DNA of 64,000 nt from an uncultured Gammaproteobacteria bacterium (GTDB lineage Bacteria > Patescibacteriota > Microgenomatia > UBA10105 > UBA927), in assembly GCA_964573695.1 (NCBI GenBank), contig CAZNKB010000006.1:8879-72878 (forward strand), given 5' to 3'. This document shows positions 55,705-64,000 of the stretch, in pieces. The notes under the pieces were generated by a model, which did not search any database, was not told where the DNA came from, and saw only the letters and a program-made list of their open reading frames with translations. Position 1 is the stretch's first letter. Each line of letters starts with the position of its first letter. Both the position numbers and the translations under genes were made by a program.

Positions 55705-57636
55705 ATGCCCAAAACATATACTGTCAAAGAAGTCGCTGATATACTCGGGTTTAGCACGAATAGCATCTACACGTTCCTAAAAGAGAAGCGGATAAAAGGC
55801 GTGCGCGTCGGCAAAGGCCGGTTCCGTATCCCCGAAGAGGAATTAGCACGCATACTCCATATCAGTAAGAAGTCAGCCGCTACAACACCCGCCCCCGTGG
55901 AAGCCCCAGAAGGTGTATCTGCCCCAGTACTCAAGCCCGAAGGCGATGCTGCATTTATTACGTCTCAGAGCTCCTATGAGTCGGGGAAGGCAAATGATGT
56001 CCTTGTACCCAATATTTTTGATTGGTTTGTCGGCTTGGCGTCTCTGATTGCCGGAGTGGGATTATTTTTGTTTAATTCCTCGACCAATTCGCTTGAGGTT
56101 ACACGAACTACTTTGGTTTTTCCTGTTATTCGCGTGGTACTGATCGCCTGCGGATTTGGCGTCATACTAAGCAGTATTTTTGCACAAGGAAGGAATTGGC
56201 ATAGGGTTTTCCTCTATGCGCTTTCCATGCTGGGGTTTGTAAATGCATTCGGACTTGCCCGAAACGGGGATATGGAGGGAGCGTTTTTGTATGGCGGGTT
56301 AGCACTTATCATCGGCGTGACGAATGTCGTTCCCTTTGGGGGAATTGTCTCGATCGGATTGTATGTGACGCTTGTGGCGTTGTTGTATCCGGTGACTATA
56401 GTGTTTTTTCCTAGTGACACACACGTTCAGTTACTCTCTGGGGCACTTCACTTGTCGGCCCCGCTTATGGTCGTGGGGTCATTGATTGTCGGCATTGTGT
56501 TGCCGATTCTTTTTTGGGTGGGATATGCGAGCAATCGCAGGCTTTTCATCGCGACGACTGCTTTGTTGGGACTTGCGGATATGGTTGTCGCTGTTTGGTA
56601 TGCGCACCTGCAACTATGGAGCAGATCGTTTTTTATCATCGTACTCGGATACTTCACAGTGTTCTTACCGCATTGGTGGCCTTTGCAGCAAAAAATTGCA
56701 AGGCGCTACAAGCTTGTGCTGCACGGGTTGTTTTTGGTGATCGGAAGCATATTGGTCATAGCCGTGCTTGTTGTGTATTTGTTGCAGCAAAACCTTTGGA
56801 ACTCGCGGGAAAGTGAATTCGCGAATAAAATAAAAGTAGCGCAGTTGTCGCTAAACAGGGCGGTTGAGTCCGTGCAGGGTTCGCTCACTGTTGCGGCACA
56901 AAATCGTGAATTTACCGATACGTTGGTGAAGAAGGATCTGGAAAAACTGACCGTGTTTGCCAAAATTGTGTATGAGAGTAACCCCAATATCCGCCGGCTC
57001 GTATTTTTGGACAAAGAGGGTGATGGCGTCGCGCTTTATCCATACGGAACATTTGACCAGCCGAATTTATCTTACCGCGATTATTTTACCCAGGCCAAAT
57101 CAACAGGTCGCCCGTATGTCTCAAACGTATTTCAGTCCCAGGCAGATCATGCCGGTCGGTATGTGGTGGTTGTGGCAGTGCCGTTTCAGGATGCCAAGGG
57201 AGATTTTGCCGGAGTCATAACCGGCTCGATTGATTTGCGTCGCGTGGGACTCCAGCTCGCACAGATAGCCGCTGATACTCGCGGAGAGTATTTTGTCGTG
57301 ACCGATGCGAAAGGGGTTATTCTCATTCACCCGGATGAAAAACTTATCGGGACGGACGTCTCTTCCGGTGATCCGATGCTGCGGGGGTTATCGGGGGCTC
57401 CCGGGGTAAACCACGGAATTACTATTGACGCTTCTTACGGTATGGTCGCCTATGCTGATGTGCCGATACTTCGGTGGGTTATAAGCCTGCGGGTGCCGGC
57501 GGAAAACGTATTTGAACTCACCTATGTGAGCATCTGGTATGTCTATGGAACGGTGGTCGTTCTTCTGCTTATTGGTATCTATATTTTTTCCTACGCCAGA
57601 CTAAGAATGGGACAATCGAAAGAAGGCGGGACCTGA
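55705..57636 (+). CDS. membrane-anchored regulator: excisionase-type HTH (HTH_17) + 9 TM + dCache + TM
   Basis: [46 protein letters not shown]_17 pattern; [20 protein letters not shown]...VAVPF...GVITGSIDL dCache_1 pattern. Confidence 0.85.
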   Translation: MPKTYTVKEVADILGFSTNSIYTFLKEKRIKGVRVGKGRFRIPEEELARILHISKKSAATTPAPVEAPEGVSAPVLKPEGDAAFITSQSSYESGKANDVLVPNIFDWFVGLASLIAGVGLFLFNSSTNSLEVTRTTLVFPVIRVVLIACGFGVILSSIFAQGRNWHRVFLYALSMLGFVNAFGLARNGDMEGAFLYGGLALIIGVTNVVPFGGIVSIGLYVTLVALLYPVTIVFFPSDTHVQLLSGALHLSAPLMVVGSLIVGIVLPILFWVGYASNRRLFIATTALLGLADMVVAVWYAHLQLWSRSFFIIVLGYFTVFLPHWWPLQQKIARRYKLVLHGLFLVIGSILVIAVLVVYLLQQNLWNSRESEFANKIKVAQLSLNRAVESVQGSLTVAAQNREFTDTLVKKDLEKLTVFAKIVYESNPNIRRLVFLDKEGDGVALYPYGTFDQPNLSYRDYFTQAKSTGRPYVSNVFQSQADHAGRYVVVVAVPFQDAKGDFAGVITGSIDLRRVGLQLAQIAADTRGEYFVVTDAKGVILIHPDEKLIGTDVSSGDPMLRGLSGAPGVNHGITIDASYGMVAYADVPILRWVISLRVPAENVFELTYVSIWYVYGTVVVLLLIGIYIFSYARLRMGQSKEGGT

Positions 57637-60600
57637 TGAACAAAACTTCCATAAGACCAGAGAAACAACAGAAATCCGCAGTCAGCGGATTTCTCGCTGT
57701 AAAGGGTTTTGGGCCATTCGGCCGATTGTCATTAATCGGCGGCTTTTCGCCGATCATGCCGTTTCTTTTTGCTGTCGTTATCGGAGGATTGGGATTTGTG
57801 TTATTTGAAGCGTTTCGTTTGAGTAGTACGGGTTTGGTAAAAAAGAGTCAGGATCAGATAGCATCACCAATCATTAACCGCTTGACGGAGAAGGTGATTT
57901 CGGAAAGCACATGGATACGTCCGTTTATCGTATTGGTCCAGCGAGCCGATGGATCGTTTGCGTATGCCTATGTAGAAAACGCCGTAGTAAAAAATGATGC
58001 GTTTGTCGGAGATGTGACCATTCGCTATACCAATGGTGAGCGCGGGATCGTGCATGACGAGAACGGATACTTCCGGTTTTTCCTGACAAAGCAGGGTAGC
58101 CAGGAATCGGTGAGAATTCTGGTGCCGATCATTACGGGTATCAGATTGCCCGACGATACAATCATCCTGGCGCAATTTTCTGACGGTACAATTATAGACG
58201 AACAGTTTGTGGGGCCGTTTTCGGCCCTCACTGTGCTTGAGAAATTGCAAATTACGGGAACCCGCTCGGCTCAGGGCGGATACATCACCATAACAGTTAA
58301 CCCGACGCTCAAGTCTGTTGATACAGGTGTGGCGCTCATAGAGCGTGAGATTTTGAAAATGGCCCTTTCTGCAATGGGTCACACAGACAGCGTGTTGGGG
58401 GTAACGACAGATACGCCGGGGATCGATAAACCTCTTAACTTGCCGATATTATCATCGAGCATTGGTACGAATATGCTGATCCAACGGTTTGAAGGAGAAG
58501 GAGTGGTTCGTATTGTTCCACAAAGTAACAATATAGATCAATCTATAACAAACATACAAAATCTGAATCCTTCGTTTGATACCACGACAATCAACCAGTC
58601 ATCACAGCTTGCGTCCAATCAGGGATTTTATCCTTCTTTATATAGTGGGGGCGCAGGAACAACCGGTGTGACCGGAGCGACAGGCGCTACTGGCATACAG
58701 GGAGCAAAAGGGGATTCCGGAGCAAAAGGAGCACAAGGATCCAATGGAGTCGACGGACCAACGGGAGCGACGGGAACTGGTGAGTTGGGGCCGATTGGTC
58801 CGACAGGAGCAACAGGGTCAGGCGGTGGAGGTGGTGGCGGAGGTGGCGCAGACGGACCAACGGGAGCAACAGGGGCGACCGGAGGAATTGGTGCAAGCGG
58901 ACCAACAGGGTCTACAGGAGCAACTGGTGCCAATGGCCCCACAGGATCGACCGGAGTCACCGGAACACAAGGTGCTTCCGGCCCGACCGGTTCAACTGGT
59001 GCCACAGGTGGAGTCGGGGCCTCCGGTCCAACGGGTTCGACAGGAGCGACTGGCAGTGTAGGAACAACTGGTCCTACTGGTTCGACAGGAGCGACGGGAT
59101 CACAGGGTGCATCAGGTCCCACTGGTTCCACAGGTTCCACAGGTGGAGTTGGTGCATCAGGTCCAACGGGAAGTACGGGATCCACTGGCTTGCTTGGCGC
59201 ATCAGGCCCGACTGGTTCTACTGGAGTACAAGGCTCTTCCGGTCCCACTGGATCAACCGGTGCGACCGGTTCGCAAGGTGCTTCCGGTCCGACAGGGTCT
59301 ACAGGAGCAACGGGTGGAGTTGGTGCAAGCGGCCCGACGGGAAGTACTGGGGCAACAGGAGGCGTTGGATCGAGTGGTCCGACTGGTGCTACCGGATCAA
59401 CGGGAGCAACTGGTTTACAGGGATCTTCAGGTCCCACCGGATCTACAGGTACAACAGGTCAAGGTGGTCCGACTGGTGCCACAGGTCCTACCGGCTCTCA
59501 AGGGGGAGCCGAAGGCGCACCAGGTCCTACTGGCTCAACCGGAGCAACTGGGAGTGTAGGTGCATCAGGCCCGACGGGTAGCACCGGTGCCACTGGAGGA
59601 ATTGGAGCCAGCGGCCCGACAGGATCTACAGGTGCAACCGGAACGCTGGGAGCAAGTGGACCAACGGGAAGTACGGGATCCACTGGCTCACAAGGAGCAA
59701 GTGGTCCTACCGGCCCAACAGGAAGCACAGGATCTACGGGAGGCGATGGTGCCTCGGGCCCAACCGGTACAACCGGATCTACCGGTACTCAAGGAACAAG
59801 CGGTCCGACGGGTTCAACAGGTGCAACAGGTTCTCAAGGTGCATCAGGTCCTACCGGAGCAACTGGCGCCACGGGTACCAATGGCCCAACAGGATCAACA
59901 GGCGCTACTGGTGGAGTTGGCGCAAGTGGACCTACAGGCGCAACAGGAGCAACTGGAACACAAGGAAATCCAGGAATTGACGGAGCAAATGGTCCTACAG
60001 GTTCTACAGGAGCAACTGGTGCAAATGGAGCAAATGGTCCTACAGGTTCTACAGGAGCAACTGGTGCAAATGGAGCAAGCGGACCGACAGGTTCAACAGG
60101 TGCGACTGGAACTCAAGGGGCAAGCGGTCCAACGGGTTCAACTGGCACCACTGGAACCAATGGTCCAACGGGTTCGACAGGAGCAACAGGAGGCGTTGGT
60201 GCATCAGGCCCGACGGGAAGTACTGGGGCAACAGGAGTGCAAGGAGCTTCGGGTCCGACAGGAAGTACCGGAGCTACAGGTGGAGTCGGAGCCAGTGGCC
60301 CGACAGGATCTACCGGCGCAACTGGTTCACAGGGGTCTTCCGGCCCAACCGGAAGTACCGGAGCTACAGGTGGAGTCGGAGCCAGTGGCCCGACAGGATC
60401 AACGGGAGCTACAGGTTCAGTAGGGCAACAAGGTGCTTCAGGTCCGACTGGTTCTACTGGATCCACAGGAACAAATGGAGCATCCGGTCCGACCGGATCA
60501 ACGGGAGCAACCGGCGTAAATGGAGCGAGCGGACCCACTGGTTCAACGGGAGCTACTGGGTCTCAAGGATCTTCTGGTCCAACAGGATCAACAGGAGCTA

Positions 60601-63600
60601 CTGGTGGAGTTGGAGCCAGTGGCCCGACCGGATCAACCGGATCAACAGGTACTCAAGGGGGTGTTGGCGCATCAGGTCCAACGGGAAGTACAGGGGTAAC
60701 GGGAAGTAACGGTCCAACTGGTTCTACGGGAGCGACCGGAAATGCAGGAGAAAATGGTCCGACAGGTAGTACGGGAGCAACTGGTGGCATCGGTGCATCA
60801 GGCCCAACTGGCTCAACCGGCGCGACTGGAATACAAGGAGCTAGTGGCCCAACTGGAAGTACGGGTGCTACAGGATTTCAAGGAGCGAGTGGGCCTACCG
60901 GATCTACTGGCGCTACAGGTGAAGTTGGTACGTCAGGCCCGACTGGTTCAACTGGCTCTACCGGCGCAAATGGACCTACTGGTTCTACTGGGGCAACAGG
61001 TTCCCAGGGAGTAAGTGGGCCTACGGGCTCCACTGGTTCTACCGGAGGAGTTGGTGCTTCTGGTCCGACTGGTTCTACTGGTGCTACGGGAACGCAAGGT
61101 GCCTCCGGACCCACAGGAAGCACCGGGGCTACCGGAAATGCAGGAGAAAATGGTCCGACCGGGAGTACGGGAGGAACTGGAGCGGTTGGCGCCAGTGGTC
61201 CCACAGGCTCTACCGGGGCTACTGGTTCTGTTGGAGCGAGTGGTCCAACAGGAAGTACCGGATCCACTGGGGTTCAGGGAGCATCCGGTCCTACCGGTTC
61301 CACTGGGGCAACGGGAATTCAGGGAGCGAGTGGTCCGACCGGGAGTACGGGAGCAACAGGAGTTAATGGTGCATCAGGACCAACCGGATCCACAGGAGCA
61401 ACTGGTGGAGTAGGAGTTACAGGTCCGACGGGAGCAACAGGCTCTACTGGTACGAATGGTCCAAGTGGATCAACAGGGGCTACGGGTGAAGTTGGAGCCA
61501 GTGGTCCAACCGGATCTACTGGCGCTACTGGTATTCAAGGTGCATCAGGACCAACCGGATCTACAGGAGCTACCGGAACACAAGGCGCTTCAGGTCCTAC
61601 GGGAAGTACGGGAGCAACAGGTGGCAATGGTGCATCAGGACCAACCGGATCTACAGGAGCAACGGGTGGCAATGGTGCCTCCGGTCCTACGGGATCAACT
61701 GGGTCAACAGGATCTGCGGGAGTTCAGGGAGCATCTGGTCCCACAGGAAGTACGGGTGCCACCGGTACTGCTGGAGCGACTGGCCCTACCGGTTCCACTG
61801 GGGCAACGGGAGTTCAGGGAGCGAGTGGTCCTACTGGATCTACTGGTGCGACTGGAACACAGGGAGCAAGTGGACCAACCGGAAGTACCGGAGCAACTGG
61901 TGGAATTGGAGCGTCTGGTCCGACCGGATCTACGGGAGCTACCGGAAATGTAGGAGAAAGTGGTCCTACCGGTTCAACAGGTACCACGGGAATCAATGGT
62001 CCGACGGGTTCGACAGGATCTACAGGAAGTGTTGGCTCATCCGGTCCGACTGGATCTACTGGTGCGACAGGAACACAAGGAGCGAGTGGTCCCACCGGAT
62101 CAACAGGAGCTACCGGAACACAAGGTGCTTCAGGTCCTACGGGAAGTACGGGTGCAACTGGCGGTGCTGGAGAGAATGGTCCCACCGGATCAACAGGAGC
62201 TACCGGAACACAAGGTGCCTCCGGTCCCACAGGATCAACCGGGTCAACAGGTGCTCAAGGAAGCGTTGGTGCTTCAGGGCCAACTGGTTCAACAGGAGCC
62301 ACGGGAGTCCAAGGCGCCTCTGGGCCTACTGGCTCAACTGGATCTACCGGTGGTGTTGGTGCATCTGGTCCTACAGGATCTACCGGTGCAACTGGAGTTC
62401 AGGGAGCCTCCGGTCCCACCGGATCGACCGGAGCGACCGGAACGCAAGGAGCAAGTGGTCCAACTGGTGCAACAGGTGCGACTGGCACTCAAGGTGCCTC
62501 CGGTCCAACCGGATCCACAGGTGCTACCGGAGCGAATGGTCCCACCGGATCGACCGGAGCGACCGGAACGCAAGGTGCGTCTGGACCGACTGGTTCTACC
62601 GGTGCCACAGGAATGCAAGGAGCCTCCGGTCCCACAGGAAGTACGGGGGCGACTGGTATTCAAGGAGCGAGTGGTCCCACCGGATCTACTGGCGCTACTG
62701 GTATTCAAGGTGCATCAGGACCAACCGGTTCAACAGGTGCAACTGGTAGCAATGGTGCATCGGGTCCCACCGGATCTACTGGCGCTACTGGTATTCAAGG
62801 TGCATCAGGACCAACCGGGAGTACAGGAGCTACCGGAACACAAGGTGCTTCAGGTCCTACGGGATCGACTGGCGCAACTGGAACACAGGGAGCCTCTGGA
62901 CCTACGGGATCCACAGGAGCTACAGGAATTGCTGGAGTTACAGGTCCGACCGGGGCAACCGGAGCCACGGGAACGGCTGGAGCCAGTGGTCCGACCGGGG
63001 CAACCGGAACAACAGGCGTGCAAGGTCCAACGGGACCTGCAGGTCCAGGCGGAGAAACATTTATTTTGGACGGCGGGGCATACCTTTATCCGAATAATAC
63101 ATACGCGACTGACTTTAATTTTGATGACTTGGTCTTAGGGCTAGACGGAGAGGCAGGAGCGACCATAACTACCAATGATACGAACGAAACGCTTGATATC
63201 AATACCAATGGTACGGGAGCTATCACCATAGGCAGCGGTGCGAGTGCAAAATCGGTAACAATCGGCAACTCGACGACGACATCGAGCGTCGTATTGACAA
63301 AGGGAGCTTCAGGAAATATCACATTTACCGGGTTTGATTGCTCCGGCCTTACCAATGGTGGTGCGCTTACGGCTGACGCCAGCGGAAATATTTCCTGTAG
63401 CAATGACGATGGTGGTGGTGGCTCGACGACGCTGAAAGCTGCGTATGATGCGGATGTCGACGGATCCGACGCGGTGATCCTTATGACATCTACCGACGGA
63501 AGTATTATTTTCCAAACTGTTGCGGGGACGAATTTCCAGGTCGTTGCAACGGCGGCACCCACCGTAGATTTGCAGACAATCACCAATGCCGGTCAGGGAG

Positions 63601-64000
63601 TCACCAGTACCTCTGGAGTTGATGGACTATCGATCACCTATGTCCAGTCAACCGACGCCGGAACTATTACAGGGTCTGGGCTTGATATTACGGTGACGCC
63701 GTCTGGCGATGCGGCAGATACTATCCGTGCAATTACCATTAATAATGTGAGCGCAGGATCATCAACGGAAACAGGGCTTTACCTTGGCACCGGGTATGAT
63801 AAAGATATTCAATTTGCCGATCAAACACCGGTCATTCAAGTACCGGACGCGACGACCACGTTCGCTTCTCTCAATTTTCAGAATGCATCCGGCACGGTTC
63901 TGGCTTCGCTCAAGGAGTATTTTGCCGGGGAGAATTATGGTGCGATTGAGTCTGGAGGATTTATCAATATCGACGGAAGTTTCTATATGGATAACTTCAG
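57636..64000 (+). CDS. giant collagen-like surface fibre protein, 3' end outside the window
   Basis: Not in the ORF track because it has no stop in the window. ATG overlaps the upstream TGA (TGATG). N-terminal TM, about 340-aa head, Gly-X-Y run in the same frame, then a Thr/Gly-rich beta region with [21 protein letters not shown]. Confidence 0.9.
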   Translation, partial: MNKTSIRPEKQQKSAVSGFLAVKGFGPFGRLSLIGGFSPIMPFLFAVVIGGLGFVLFEAFRLSSTGLVKKSQDQIASPIINRLTEKVISESTWIRPFIVLVQRADGSFAYAYVENAVVKNDAFVGDVTIRYTNGERGIVHDENGYFRFFLTKQGSQESVRILVPIITGIRLPDDTIILAQFSDGTIIDEQFVGPFSALTVLEKLQITGTRSAQGGYITITVNPTLKSVDTGVALIEREILKMALSAMGHTDSVLGVTTDTPGIDKPLNLPILSSSIGTNMLIQRFEGEGVVRIVPQSNNIDQSITNIQNLNPSFDTTTINQSSQLASNQGFYPSLYSGGAGTTGVTGATGATGIQGAKGDSGAKGAQGSNGVDGPTGATGTGELGPIGPTGATGSGGGGGGGGGADGPTGATGATGGIGASGPTGSTGATGANGPTGSTGVTGTQGASGPTGSTGATGGVGASGPTGSTGATGSVGTTGPTGSTGATGSQGASGPTGSTGSTGGVGASGPTGSTGSTGLLGASGPTGSTGVQGSSGPTGSTGATGSQGASGPTGSTGATGGVGASGPTGSTGATGGVGSSGPTGATGSTGATGLQGSSGPTGSTGTTGQGGPTGATGPTGSQGGAEGAPGPTGSTGATGSVGASGPTGSTGATGGIGASGPTGSTGATGTLGASGPTGSTGSTGSQGASGPTGPTGSTGSTGGDGASGPTGTTGSTGTQGTSGPTGSTGATGSQGASGPTGATGATGTNGPTGSTGATGGVGASGPTGATGATGTQGNPGIDGANGPTGSTGATGANGANGPTGSTGATGANGASGPTGSTGATGTQGASGPTGSTGTTGTNGPTGSTGATGGVGASGPTGSTGATGVQGASGPTGSTGATGGVGASGPTGSTGATGSQGSSGPTGSTGATGGVGASGPTGSTGATGSVGQQGASGPTGSTGSTGTNGASGPTGSTGATGVNGASGPTGSTGATGSQGSSGPTGSTGATGGVGASGPTGSTGSTGTQGGVGASGPTGSTGVTGSNGPTGSTGATGNAGENGPTGSTGATGGIGASGPTGSTGATGIQGASGPTGSTGATGFQGASGPTGSTGATGEVGTSGPTGSTGSTGANGPTGSTGATGSQGVSGPTGSTGSTGGVGASGPTGSTGATGTQGASGPTGSTGATGNAGENGPTGSTGGTGAVGASGPTGSTGATGSVGASGPTGSTGSTGVQGASGPTGSTGATGIQGASGPTGSTGATGVNGASGPTGSTGATGGVGVTGPTGATGSTGTNGPSGSTGATGEVGASGPTGSTGATGIQGASGPTGSTGATGTQGASGPTGSTGATGGNGASGPTGSTGATGGNGASGPTGSTGSTGSAGVQGASGPTGSTGATGTAGATGPTGSTGATGVQGASGPTGSTGATGTQGASGPTGSTGATGGIGASGPTGSTGATGNVGESGPTGSTGTTGINGPTGSTGSTGSVGSSGPTGSTGATGTQGASGPTGSTGATGTQGASGPTGSTGATGGAGENGPTGSTGATGTQGASGPTGSTGSTGAQGSVGASGPTGSTGATGVQGASGPTGSTGSTGGVGASGPTGSTGATGVQGASGPTGSTGATGTQGASGPTGATGATGTQGASGPTGSTGATGANGPTGSTGATGTQGASGPTGSTGATGMQGASGPTGSTGATGIQGASGPTGSTGATGIQGASGPTGSTGATGSNGASGPTGSTGATGIQGASGPTGSTGATGTQGASGPTGSTGATGTQGASGPTGSTGATGIAGVTGPTGATGATGTAGASGPTGATGTTGVQGPTGPAGPGGETFILDGGAYLYPNNTYATDFNFDDLVLGLDGEAGATITTNDTNETLDINTNGTGAITIGSGASAKSVTIGNSTTTSSVVLTKGASGNITFTGFDCSGLTNGGALTADASGNISCSNDDGGGGSTTLKAAYDADVDGSDAVILMTSTDGSIIFQTVAGTNFQVVATAAPTVDLQTITNAGQGVTSTSGVDGLSITYVQSTDAGTITGSGLDITVTPSGDAADTIRAITINNVSAGSSTETGLYLGTGYDKDIQFADQTPVIQVPDATTTFASLNFQNASGTVLASLKEYFAGENYGAIESGGFINIDGSFYMDNF
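58656..63050 (+). repeat. collagen-like Gly-X-Y repeat, about 488 triplets, dominant 45-bp ([15 protein letters not shown]) period
   Basis: 9-bp GGN periodicity throughout; interruptions at a poly-Gly run (~58816-58848) and at GGAE (~59502). Confidence 0.95.

Noticed and set aside
55705-55870. Prophage or ICE suggested by the excisionase-like HTH
   Set aside because: The HTH is fused to a membrane sensor, and no integrase, capsid, terminase or relaxase is in the window.
58656-63050. Possible CRISPR array from the 45-bp periodicity
   Set aside because: Variation is at codon third positions, there is no constant repeat with unique spacers, and no cas genes are present.
58628-63586. Numerous PV-rich (minus strand) and Q/L/V/R-rich (plus strand) ORFs in the track
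   Set aside because: They are shadow frames of the Gly-X-Y repeat; the real frame starts at 57636 and has no stop in the window.
1-64000. Alternative genetic code (UGA=Gly) or a diversity-generating retroelement
   Set aside because: Conserved genes are full length under code 11 and several end in TGA; no RT or adenine-variable TR/VR pair was noticed.

Overview
Bacterial chromosomal window, most likely Patescibacteria/CPR of the Microgenomates type. This is inferred from the many ORFans, apparently leaderless genes, CCA-less tRNAs, PEGA, DUF11/sortase and giant fibre genes, and CCTGCCTG-type palindromes. Recognisable genes include mreB, ndk, two adenylate-kinase-like paralogs, Maf plus a divergent Maf, M16 and M50 peptidases, a sortase with its LPVAG substrate, WecB/TagA, five GT4 glycosyltransferases, glgA, a voltage-gated channel, a CadD-like transporter, tRNA-Pro(CGG) and tRNA-Arg(CCT). 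Five observations stand out. (1) 54.4-64 kb: a pseudo-Fic gene flanked by inverted 10-bp repeat arrays sits divergent from an excisionase-HTH/9TM/dCache/TM one-component sensor. The sensor is translationally coupled to a >2100-aa fibre with about 488 Gly-X-Y triplets. (2) 11.9-17.9 kb: an island of Anaerolineae-style lipoprotein genes carries GGAGA Shine-Dalgarno sites in an otherwise largely leaderless genome and is interleaved with hairpin-dense spacers. (3) An intact tRNA-Arg is nested inside a palindrome that interrupts a second, split tRNA-Arg. (4) Palindromic elements are inserted in frame in four proteins, including MreB. (5) An 11-aa C-terminal motif is shared, through synonymous codons, by two otherwise unrelated proteins. 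All calls are by eye; no database searches or folding computations were run.
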